A stretch of 64,000 nucleotides of DNA from Candidatus Parcubacteria bacterium (GCA_039795775.1 JBDKLC010000005.1:185624-249623); one strand, 5' to 3'; counted from the first letter of the stretch, positions 19,145-27,045 are shown. Numbers and translations are program-made. The notes: generated from the letters alone by a model not told the origin.

Positions 19145-19960
19145 ATGCAAAAATCACACAGTAGTCTCTCAGTAGTTGGTGTCGCTCTAGTTATGGTGGC
19201 ACTTCTTGCCGGATCAGCATATGTATTTGGAAAAGCAGGAACATCAGATGATCTTGTGGCCCAAGTAAATAAGGCCGTTTCCGGACCTACTATTCCAGGC
19301 AGTGCTACAAAACCTCCTTCAACAGCCTCTACAACACCGCCGACAGCCTCTACAACTCCACTAAAGCTGCCAACATGTATGTTCAAACCTGTTGACTGCG
19401 CTAAGTACGAAAAAGCTGTAATTGATGCACAAGAAGTACTCGATAGTGACTTATTGAAGCTAAGAGATCTGTATAAGGATCAAGCTAAGTACGAAAGACA
19501 ATTGACTGAAAATAGAAAACAACAAAAAGAGATTATTGATGAACTAGTGTATCAGTACTCACTGATTGAGGGAGAGCAACGAGATATTGCAAATATACAA
19601 GAGGAGATTACAAGTGTTCAGCGACGCTTAACTGATCCAGGAATAACACCTCAAAAGAAAGCGCAATTGCAGCAGCAACTAAAGAAGCTTCAAGAGCAAT
19701 TATTCGAATCTCAGGAAGTGGTTAAAGTTGCGCGGGCAACCGTGGAATATCTAGACGGCGAACTACAGTCACTCGAAGAAGCTGAACGTAGAATTAATGC
19801 AGCTCTTGCTGGAGTGAACGAGAGCATCACAAGAATGAATGCCAAAATTAGAACAGATGAAAGTGAATTGGCTAAAGCAAAGAGAAATCTGGAAACATGT
19901 AGAAAGCTTCAGCAGCAGGCGATCGATCTATATCTAAGTTGTGTGTCTAGTTTCTACTAA
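19145..19960 (+). CDS. Membrane-anchored long coiled-coil protein with terminal Cys pairs
   Basis: TM helix, P/T/S linker, about 170 aa heptad-rich region flanked by two Cys on each side. Confidence 0.75.
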   Translation: MQKSHSSLSVVGVALVMVALLAGSAYVFGKAGTSDDLVAQVNKAVSGPTIPGSATKPPSTASTTPPTASTTPLKLPTCMFKPVDCAKYEKAVIDAQEVLDSDLLKLRDLYKDQAKYERQLTENRKQQKEIIDELVYQYSLIEGEQRDIANIQEEITSVQRRLTDPGITPQKKAQLQQQLKKLQEQLFESQEVVKVARATVEYLDGELQSLEEAERRINAALAGVNESITRMNAKIRTDESELAKAKRNLETCRKLQQQAIDLYLSCVSSFY

Positions 19961-20005
19961 GAGCAAAAGACTTACTTAAATAATATTTAAAGTTAGACGA
20001 CTTGT

Positions 20006-20046
20006 TAAAAAAAAGCATCAATGTAAATACATTGATGCTTTTTTTA
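20006..20046. terminator. Bidirectional terminator
   Basis: aaaaaaaagcatcaatgta-aa-tacattgatgctttttttt. Confidence 0.85.
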
Positions 20047-20070
20047 CTGCATTACTTTGGTTGAAAACAT

Positions 20071-20922
20071 TTAGAAAAGAAGTAACAACAATAGTATGGC
20101 TAAGGTAAAGGCCATTCCGCCGTAGTATTTAGTTTTCATTACTTTTTTGTATTCTGATCTATCTCCTGTGATTGTTTTGACAACTTGCCATATTGATATG
20201 TACGCGACTACTCCAATGATGAAAAGTGAAAGCGCAACTGGATTGTTTGAATGAAATGAAGAGGAGAGTAACAAAAAACCAATGATAAAAAGATAGAGAT
20301 AGTTTTTTTGTATTGCTTGTATACCGTATGCGGCTGCAAATGTACGGTCACCTCTCTTTGTATCTTCTTTAATTTGATATGCCTGAGAAAATGGATACAT
20401 ACTGAGAATGATGATGGTTATACCTAGTGCTCCGAGTATGAGTTCACTAGATACAGTAGTTCCGCCACTGGCGAGGTATCCCATAATTGTTGTGTTGAAG
20501 GCCGTGCCGATACCAACCACAAAAAAACTGAGTAGTGGTTTTGCTTTGAGTCGTACTGTCGTACCGCTGTACATCCACGATAGCAGTATTGAAACCAAAT
20601 ACAGCACACCAAATATAAAGTTTATAGAGATAGATACTATGAATCCAAGTATCTGAATGAGCCAGGCACCATAGTACATCCATCTCGCCATCTTCGGTGG
20701 ATGTTCAAGTCCACCAATTGGTCCTTCATCTTTATCAATATATGAGTTGTACGCATTCGCTCCACCAAAGAGCAAAATGTAAACGAGGAAAAATAAAAAA
20801 GCAAAATGTGTATAGTCTGAAATTGTAGGGAGGTACAGCGCTCCAAGAAAGAAGGGAGCTGAAAGAATAAAAAGGTTGTAGTTCAACCGTAGGTGCAACA
20901 CAAAGTCTTTTATGTGAGACAT
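20071..20922 (-). CDS. UbiA-family prenyltransferase
   Basis: NAYNSYIDKDEG and QIKEDTKRGDRT Asp-rich motifs; about 9 TM. Confidence 0.85.
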   Translation of the reverse strand: MSHIKDFVLHLRLNYNLFILSAPFFLGALYLPTISDYTHFAFLFFLVYILLFGGANAYNSYIDKDEGPIGGLEHPPKMARWMYYGAWLIQILGFIVSISINFIFGVLYLVSILLSWMYSGTTVRLKAKPLLSFFVVGIGTAFNTTIMGYLASGGTTVSSELILGALGITIIILSMYPFSQAYQIKEDTKRGDRTFAAAYGIQAIQKNYLYLFIIGFLLLSSSFHSNNPVALSLFIIGVVAYISIWQVVKTITGDRSEYKKVMKTKYYGGMAFTLAILLLLLLF

Positions 20923-20975
20923 AGTGAAAGTATAGCAAAAGTTTGAATTTGAGTTGCGGTTCTGAGTCTACGTTT

Positions 20976-21140
20976 CTATTTTGATGAACGAATAAGTGAT
21001 ATTGCTGTATGTAACATTACAAATATAACTAAGGCGAGGACAGTCACAATCAGCAAGTTTGGACCTTCGGGATCATCGATGAGAAAAAACATCAGACGAG
21101 AGAGAATGAATGATGCTATGAGTAGTGTGACGCGGAGCAT
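20976..21140 (-). CDS. Small two-TM protein (54 aa), missing from the ORF track
   Basis: MLRVTLLIASFILSRLMFFLIDDPEGPNLLIVTVLALVIFVMLHTAISLIRSSK; hairpin topology with DDPEGPN loop. Confidence 0.6.
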   Translation of the reverse strand: MLRVTLLIASFILSRLMFFLIDDPEGPNLLIVTVLALVIFVMLHTAISLIRSSK

Positions 21141-21274
21141 GGCAAGGTTTATTTTTTGCTTTTATAACTAAATTGTATCACGTCCTAAAATCGCTTTGTG
21201 GCAGCAAAAACAAAACCCCACCTGCCATGGCAGATTCGGGTCTGCTGATGAGGTGGGGGGATTGAGGATGGTAG

Positions 21275-21664
21275 TTAACCAACGATATTGGCGATGAGCC
21301 GCTGCATTTCAAACATTTCTTCAGCAAGAGAGAGTTGCCAGGTTTGGAGTCCTGTCTCGCGATCTCTAAGTAGAGTGCCAAGGCGTTCATTGACTTGGTG
21401 GAGTGCGTTTAGATCACTGTCCATTCCCTTGGACTCATGGCCATACTTTTCCTTCTGCTGTTGGAGGTAGCGGGCGACATCTTTTACAGATTCGTTTTTT
21501 GAAATTTTGAGTTCGTCCACGCGACGAGTCCAGACTGTGATAAGAGCTAAGTGCCCATTATGGATGTCTGCTTTCAGGATGAGCTGTGCCAAGAAGGCCA
21601 TTTGCACAGGAGTTGCTTGTGGAATGCTTGCGATGATTGCTTTTACGAATGATTTGGATGTCAT
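21275..21664 (-). CDS. Hypothetical protein (orphan)
   Basis: ORF from ATG 21664; TTGACA promoter upstream; terminator at about 21208-21260. Confidence 0.6.
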   Translation of the reverse strand: MTSKSFVKAIIASIPQATPVQMAFLAQLILKADIHNGHLALITVWTRRVDELKISKNESVKDVARYLQQQKEKYGHESKGMDSDLNALHQVNERLGTLLRDRETGLQTWQLSLAEEMFEMQRLIANIVG

Positions 21665-21864
21665 AGATGTTGTGTTCTGTTTCGCAACAAAAGTATCACA
21701 AAAGTTATATATGTCAATATACACAAAATGAAGTATGTATTGAATTTAAACCTGTCTCCCTGACTTTGCATATCATATCTAGTATCAATATTTTACAAAT
21801 TACAAAATGAAAAGCGCGCCGTAGGGGGGTTACGGTCGCGCTTGATCTGAAGAGCGGGGGCTCT

Positions 21865-21981
21865 TTAGAAGAGACTGAGTATCCATCTTACTGGACTTTG
21901 GTCTCCGTCAATAAACCACGAAAGTGTGGCAAAGAGACCGAGTGCTAGTGCGAAGAGGATGACACGAGTAGATGTTTTCAT
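21865..21981 (-). CDS. 38-aa hydrophobic microprotein
   Basis: MKTSTRVILFALALGLFATLSWFIDGDQSPVRWILSLF; TTGACA-N17-TATTAT promoter at about 22099-22127; terminator at about 21811-21843. Confidence 0.55.
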   Translation of the reverse strand: MKTSTRVILFALALGLFATLSWFIDGDQSPVRWILSLF

Positions 21982-22190
21982 AGATGACAGATGTTTAGAT
22001 GCGGTGTGAAGGTCAGTAATCCATTCATGTGGCTTTTGCCAAACGAGCGTTTACAGAACCACTACTGAATCCAAACATCAAAAGATCTATATATGTATAT
22101 AATAACACATATTAGTGTTTATGTCAAATATGATAGTGAGCCGTACAGAGGCTTACAAAGACAGTAAAAATGTAGATCTGTGGGTAATAC

Positions 22191-23168
22191 CTAAGCCAAC
22201 AAATTCTTGTTTTGTGAAAGATATTCTCTTAAATAAGCAAGTCTTTTTTCTTGTGCTGTTTTATTCCAATACGGAAATTTCATATATGTCCCCAAGAGGA
22301 TAGAAGCTTGTAACGCTTTCTTATCATAGGTCTCATTTTTAAAATATCCTTCTATAAGCTGATGTGCTGCATCACTTGGTCCGCATCGAGATGTCGCAAT
22401 CACAATGGTTCTTCCAAGATCAATAATAGGATGATTGAACATCGGGTCTGGGTCAAAAACTGTCAACGGAGTTGTTGCAAAAATATTTTCTGGAGCAAAG
22501 TCATTATGGCAATACGTACTGCGAGGATCTTTTTCAACATACTCAATTAGTATTCGTAGAGCTGTATCTATAGATCCATGATCTTGGTCATTCAGTAATG
22601 ATTTCTCTTGTACCTCCTCAATGTTTTTTGTTACATGATCATAATCAGTAATCCAAGATGAAAATGTTGAGAATTGAGGTTTGTTATCAAGTATCTGTCC
22701 ATATCCCTGTGCAACGGTAGTATGCATTTGCTTGAGAGTTGATCCCATTTGTACAAATACTTTTTCTCGAACTAAACCTCCGAGTTTGTACTGTTCTGTA
22801 AGATGTACGGCATCAATATAATTCATCAAAATATATCTATGTGTATCAATGACTCCTTCTTCAATAACATGGGGAACTGATACACCAACCTTTTCCCAGG
22901 CTGTAAGAAAAGCACCTTCTTGTTCAACAGGTTTGGCTCGAAGGGGAATTTTAAGCACATATTTTGTATCAGGTGTTTCAATGATACTTACAAGAGACAT
23001 GACACCCTTTTGCGCAAAAAACACCTGTACATCTTTATCTTTAAATAAGTCATGTGATGAAAGAAACGTTTCTATTTTTGGAACAAGGCTAAGTCGCTTT
23101 TCATTACGTTCTTTATCTACTTCATGTTCAGTGAGACGAGGCTGATTGAGAAAGGTGATTGATGACAT
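22191..23168 (-). CDS. APH/choline-kinase-like phosphotransferase
   Basis: YVLKIP, VSVPHV, HNDFAPEN, FDPDP motifs. Confidence 0.85.
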   Translation of the reverse strand: MSSITFLNQPRLTEHEVDKERNEKRLSLVPKIETFLSSHDLFKDKDVQVFFAQKGVMSLVSIIETPDTKYVLKIPLRAKPVEQEGAFLTAWEKVGVSVPHVIEEGVIDTHRYILMNYIDAVHLTEQYKLGGLVREKVFVQMGSTLKQMHTTVAQGYGQILDNKPQFSTFSSWITDYDHVTKNIEEVQEKSLLNDQDHGSIDTALRILIEYVEKDPRSTYCHNDFAPENIFATTPLTVFDPDPMFNHPIIDLGRTIVIATSRCGPSDAAHQLIEGYFKNETYDKKALQASILLGTYMKFPYWNKTAQEKRLAYLREYLSQNKNLLA

Positions 23169-23243
23169 GGGTACAGTATAGCAAAAGATGTACGCACGTT
23201 GGTTTTAACCATATAATTGAGGGACATCAATTATTGTACGAAC

Positions 23244-23690
23244 ATGAAAACACTGCTTATTATTGTGGGTATCGGACTGGTTAGTCTTCCCGTGTATATT
23301 CTTTCTCAAAGACACAAAGGATCTGTCGAACTTGGAAAAGTGTTTTCTTTAGAATCAAAAAGCACTATTTACTATAAAAATATTTCTTTTCACTTTTCAA
23401 CTGAAACAGTCCCATTTTCAAAAGATCCTGTTACTGGTAGAGAGAAATATCCCCACGATATATATGTGGTTGATGTTGTATTGAATGGGCTTGTTTCAAA
23501 TAAAAATTCTGATGTTCCAAAAAGTAAACTTTATTTTGATACGAGTGGAGGGTACCAAGAATTTACTCTGAATTCTATGAGATACGAATTACAATTAGTT
23601 AACTATAAGGATGGTAAGGGTGAATTTATTTTAAAAGAAGTCGGTCCTGGTTTGAAAGATACAGGTATCTCGAAAGAGAAGGCGATATAG
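23244..23690 (+). CDS. Hypothetical exported protein
   Basis: N-terminal TM from ATG 23244; AT-rich. Confidence 0.6.
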   Translation: MKTLLIIVGIGLVSLPVYILSQRHKGSVELGKVFSLESKSTIYYKNISFHFSTETVPFSKDPVTGREKYPHDIYVVDVVLNGLVSNKNSDVPKSKLYFDTSGGYQEFTLNSMRYELQLVNYKDGKGEFILKEVGPGLKDTGISKEKAI

Positions 23691-23824
23691 CTACTGAGCT
23701 CCGGCTTTCGATCCTGGCTACCAAACCAGACAAAAGTGGGACGATGTTCGAACTTCTTTTTGTAAAACAAAACCCCGACCTACACCTGTAAGTCGGGGCT
23801 TGTGATGTGTGTCGGGGGGGCGGC

Positions 23825-23983
23825 TTAGTAGCGCCAGCTTGTTCTGGCTCCGGATTGGTTTTTTCGGATTTGCTCCAGGCGCGCGGCTTCCTGTGCTTTG
23901 ATGTGTTCTGGGATTGAAGCGCAGGCTCCTGATTCGGCCCACTTTTTCCAAAAACGGTGCTGTCTTGACTTGCTAGTGTTCAT
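23825..23983 (-). CDS. 52-aa basic microprotein, missing from the ORF track
   Basis: MNTSKSRQHRFWKKWAESGACASIPEHIKAQEAARLEQIRKNQSGARTSWRY; AGGAGGTGA RBS just upstream; terminator at about 23767-23812. Confidence 0.65.
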   Translation of the reverse strand: MNTSKSRQHRFWKKWAESGACASIPEHIKAQEAARLEQIRKNQSGARTSWRY

Positions 23984-24142
23984 TCGGGTGTTCACCTCCT
24001 TTCAGGTGTTAATGGTTTTGATCAGCCAGAGGAATTCTAGCTGTATCTTCAAGAACACTTAAATAAATGTCCAAAAAGATACAGCCAGCACGTGAAAAGA
24101 ACTGGCTGTATATTGCAATATATCTAATATCCAGTCAACAGT

Positions 24143-24244
24143 TTGCTCGCTCTTGTGGACGATTTCAGAACGATAGACTGGGCTAAAGAGTATCCATATC
24201 CAACTTTAGCCTTATCTGAACTGAAAGAGCTGATTTTGATATAA
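24143..24244 (+). repeat. Cassette arm A, copy 1 (peptide-coding: LLALVDDFRTIDWAKEYPYPTLALSELKELILI)
   Basis: Homologous to 24805..24912; many of the differences are synonymous. Confidence 0.8.
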
Positions 24245-24251
24245 TGATGAA

Positions 24252-24746
24252 ATGGAAGCAGAATTTGTTGCCCTAAGAAATAGGTACTTACCAAAGAAAA
24301 TAAAAGCTGTTTTTATATTGGAATCACCACCAGCAGGTCACGGCTATTTCTATAATCCAGCAGGGCGAGTATCCGAAGTATTGTTTAGAGCTTTTATGAA
24401 AGCTGTATTGAATTTCAAACCTGAAACAAAGGAAGAAGGTTTACGGAAACTTGCAGATGAAGGATATTTACTTGTAAATCCAATCTATACACCTGTAAAT
24501 AAATTGAGTGATAAAGAAGCTGACAAACTCATTCTTGCTAATTACGACAATTTCAAAAAAGATTTAGTTTCATTGATTGGAAAATCAAACACTCCGATTA
24601 TTCTAGTAAAGTCGAGCATATTCAGATTATTGGAGAAACCTATGTTGGTTGACGGGTTCAATGTAGTAAATAATGGTGTACTTATTCCATTTCCACTTCA
24701 TTATCATATGAATACTTTTGAAGAGAGAGTAAAAGCTTTGTTATAG
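24252..24746 (+). CDS. Hypothetical protein, uracil-DNA-glycosylase-like superfamily (cassette 1 cargo)
   Basis: ILESPPAGHGYFY and IPFP motifs; TGnTATAAT 6 nt before ATG. Confidence 0.6.
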   Translation: MEAEFVALRNRYLPKKIKAVFILESPPAGHGYFYNPAGRVSEVLFRAFMKAVLNFKPETKEEGLRKLADEGYLLVNPIYTPVNKLSDKEADKLILANYDNFKKDLVSLIGKSNTPIILVKSSIFRLLEKPMLVDGFNVVNNGVLIPFPLHYHMNTFEERVKALL

Positions 24747-24747
24747 G

Positions 24748-24810
24748 AGTTCGAAACTATTTTAGGGTAAACAAAAATCACCTTGTTTTATAAGGTGATT
24801 TTGCTTGCTC
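24748..24810. repeat. Cassette arm B, copy 1 (63-bp direct repeat with internal hairpin)
   Basis: agttcgaaac..ttttagggtaaacaaaaatcaccttgttttataaggtgattttgct.gctc; 3 mismatches vs 25283..25345. Confidence 0.95.
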
Positions 24811-24912
24811 GCTTTACAGGACGATTTTCGAACTATCGATTGGGCTAGGGAATATCCGTTTCCGTCAATTGCCTTAAAAGAAATTGAAAGTCTCTTATCT
24901 CAAACTACTTAA
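24805..24912 (+). repeat. Cassette arm A, copy 2 (LLALQDDFRTIDWAREYPFPSIALKEIESLLSQTT)
   Basis: 21 of the first 30 residues identical to copy 1. Confidence 0.8.
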
Positions 24913-25264
24913 CCGGTGTGCCTTGATGAAAATACATCTGCCAATCATTGCCTGTCTTTTTCCATATTGAACTTCTGAGAGAAGTCAGCCTCGTGCCATC
25001 AAGGTTAATTCTATCTGTTTTGAACCTTGTTTGAGCAAATGTTTCAGAGAGAGAAATTATCTCGAAGTCATAAATCTTGTAGGTCGGTGATGGGGCACTG
25101 GTCAGAGAGTTGATTGTTATTTCTTTATTGTAAATTAAGCCTGAACTACCATATTCAATAAAATCATCAGCCAATAACTTGTTCAGTTTTTCAGCCGAAG
25201 AACGATTGTCTTGATTTACAAGGCTTAGTTCAAGTTGATAGAGAGTATCCTTTAATTCATTCAT
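24905..25264 (-). CDS. DUF4440 / NTF2-like protein (cassette 2 cargo)
   Basis: LLADDFIEYGSSG, SLRSSIW, WQMYFHQGT motifs; start ATG 25264 with TGGTATAAT 6 nt upstream. Confidence 0.88.
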   Translation of the reverse strand: MNELKDTLYQLELSLVNQDNRSSAEKLNKLLADDFIEYGSSGLIYNKEITINSLTSAPSPTYKIYDFEIISLSETFAQTRFKTDRINLDGTRLTSLRSSIWKKTGNDWQMYFHQGTPVK

Positions 25265-25282
25265 AAGATAATTATACCAAAA

Positions 25283-25345
25283 AGTTCGAAACAGTTTTAG
25301 GGTAAACAAAAATCACCTTGTTTTATAAGGTGATTTTGCTGGCTC
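25283..25345. repeat. Cassette arm B, copy 2
   Basis: Direct repeat of 24748..24810; runs directly into the duplicated tRNA 3' end. Confidence 0.95.
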
Positions 25346-25360
25346 CGGCGGTAGGGATCG
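25342..25360 (-). repeat. Duplicated 3' end of tRNA-Asn (att-like)
   Basis: gctccggcggtagggatcg is identical to 25532..25550. Confidence 0.92.
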
Positions 25361-25470
25361 GTCACGGATAATAATTGCTACGCAATTATTTCCTCGACCC
25401 CGCCTCACTCGTGGCAGTCGCCTTCTACTATAGAAGGCGACATAGCCACTTCGCTCCGGCTTTTCGATCT
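25361..25470. other. Nested-hairpin element between the tRNA-Asn 3'-end copies
   Basis: Stems aataattgc-tac-gcaattatt and gtggc..gtcgccttcta-cta-tagaaggcgac..gccac; its end motif gctccggctt(t)tcgatc recurs at 23698..23713. Confidence 0.65.
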
Positions 25471-25532
25471 CTGCAGTCAGAATAGTAGAAATAAAAAAGA
25501 ACGTCCTTGTGGGACGTCTTTTTATTTCTATG

Positions 25533-25604
25533 CTCCGGCGGTAGGGATCGAACCTACGACCAAGCGATTAACAGTCGCTTGCTCTACCTCTGAGCTACAC
25601 CGGA
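25533..25604 (-). tRNA. tRNA-Asn (GTT)
   Basis: TCCGGTG-TA-GCTCAGAGGTAGAGC-A-AGCGACTGTTAATCGCT-TGGTC-GTAGGTTCGATCCCTAC-CGCCGGAG cloverleaf; CCA not encoded. Confidence 0.97.
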
Positions 25605-25807
25605 ATGTGTTCTCCGCTCAAGCTTGCTCTACCTCTTCGTCAGTAGCTGCTTGCTGGAATGTGTTCTTGCGATCCTCAAAGAGAATATCGCTTGAATACG
25701 GTGTCATAATATCCAAAAACCATCAAATATGCAACCCAATGCCTGGGGCCAGAACCTGTGACTAACATCCTTGTGTACAGGCCACCTTGTTCATATATAA
25801 TTATAGT

Positions 25808-26188
25808 ATGAACATCATAATAAAAGGTAATCATCTTGAAGTAACAGAAGCCATTCAGGCCTATGTTGCCAAGCGTTTTGAGGGAGTTAACAAGTTCCTC
25901 GCAGAAAACGCTCAAGTAGAAGTAGAACTTTCACGTACTACGAACCATCACAAGTCTGGAGATATTTTCCGGGCTGAAGTGAATATTGATAATAATGGTG
26001 ATCAGACTTATGCCTCTGCAAATCTTTCAGATATGTACGCAGCAATAGATGAAGTGCGAGAAGAAACGCTTCGTGTATTGTCTTCAAAAAAGGGAAAGAA
26101 GCAAAGTTTGTGGAAGCGAGGAACGCTCCGTCTCAAGAAGATGCTTCGATCTTCGGCTCCAGAAACTGACTCTACAGACCAAGAATAA
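25808..26188 (+). CDS. hpf: Ribosome hibernation promoting factor / RaiA family
   Basis: MNIIIKGNHLEVTEAIQAYV, DMYAAIDEV motifs. Confidence 0.9.
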   Translation: MNIIIKGNHLEVTEAIQAYVAKRFEGVNKFLAENAQVEVELSRTTNHHKSGDIFRAEVNIDNNGDQTYASANLSDMYAAIDEVREETLRVLSSKKGKKQSLWKRGTLRLKKMLRSSAPETDSTDQE

Positions 26189-27041
26189 AATCTTCGTATC
26201 GCATCTCTTTCTTTCCTTCAGGTACAACACGAGTAGGTACGAGTTGTCCTTCGATAAAGTCCGCGTCAATCACTTTGACGCGGATTTTTGTACCGTGTCG
26301 TTCAACAAAAAAGTATGTACCAGGCCAACCCTGAAACGCTTTCACTTTCAAAAAATCTGCATACTGTTCTTCAGGTGAACGTGACTCATCAATAGAAATA
26401 AGTCCGTCTTCTTTTGTAATTTTTCGAGTACATGTAGCTCGTGCTTCATCTTGTACCTCTGGCACGATAGACCCATCAATATATCCGGGAATACTATCAG
26501 CGAGAATTTCTCCTCCAATAGTTGCCAATTTTTGTTCGAGCTCGAGTACGCCAATTGGCCATGGGTCAATAGCAACTTCTTTCACTGCGACAATCGGGCC
26601 GTGGTCCATGAGTGCATCCATTTTGATAATAGTAACGCCAGTATTGGCATCATCAGCAAGAATAGACGACTGTAATGGTGAAGCTCCTCTATAAAGCGGA
26701 AGAAGTGAAGGATGCACATTGAGCGCACCTTTGGCAGGAATATCAAGAACTTTTTGTGGAATTATTTTTCCGTATGAAGCTACTATATATAAGTCAGCGC
26801 CAATCTTTTTAAGTTCAGCTACAGCATCATCATTGAGCTTTTCAAACTGATGCACTGGAATACTGTGCTCATGCGCCCACACTTTTGTAAGTGGAGGAGT
26901 GAGAACCATTTTTCGTCCCTGTGGTTTGTCAGGTGTTGTCACAAGAGCAATAGGCAACAATCCTTTTTGTTTGAGGGTGTTAAGTACAACGACTGAAAAT
27001 TCAGATGTTCCAAAAAATATAAATGAAGGGTGTGTGTGCAT
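26172..27041 (-). CDS. fmt: Methionyl-tRNA formyltransferase
   Basis: FFGTSEFS, PDKPQGR, NVHPSLLPLYRGASP, MDHGPI; start ATG 27041. Confidence 0.96.
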   Translation of the reverse strand: MHTHPSFIFFGTSEFSVVVLNTLKQKGLLPIALVTTPDKPQGRKMVLTPPLTKVWAHEHSIPVHQFEKLNDDAVAELKKIGADLYIVASYGKIIPQKVLDIPAKGALNVHPSLLPLYRGASPLQSSILADDANTGVTIIKMDALMDHGPIVAVKEVAIDPWPIGVLELEQKLATIGGEILADSIPGYIDGSIVPEVQDEARATCTRKITKEDGLISIDESRSPEEQYADFLKVKAFQGWPGTYFFVERHGTKIRVKVIDADFIEGQLVPTRVVPEGKKEMRYEDFILGL

Positions 27042-27045
27042 ATAA

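Noticed and set aside
19322-19356. acagcctctacaac tandem repeat as a VNTR or regulatory repeat
   Set aside because: Two copies encoding a P/T/S linker; an ordinary low-complexity duplication.
23718-23951. 77-aa track ORF on the minus strand
   Set aside because: It runs through the terminator; the alternative frame 23825..23983 has the ATG and strong RBS.
24143-25339. Classical integron with attC sites
   Set aside because: No IntI in the window, no RYYYAAC...GTTRRRY bounded attC pairs recognised, and the cargo genes have their own promoters and opposite orientations.
24748-25345. 63-bp direct repeats as a CRISPR array
   Set aside because: Only two copies, separated by about 470 bp containing a gene; no cas genes in the window.
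25342-25604. Intron-containing or split tRNA-Asn
   Set aside because: The tRNA at 25533-25604 is complete and uninterrupted; the extra piece is a downstream copy of its 3' end.
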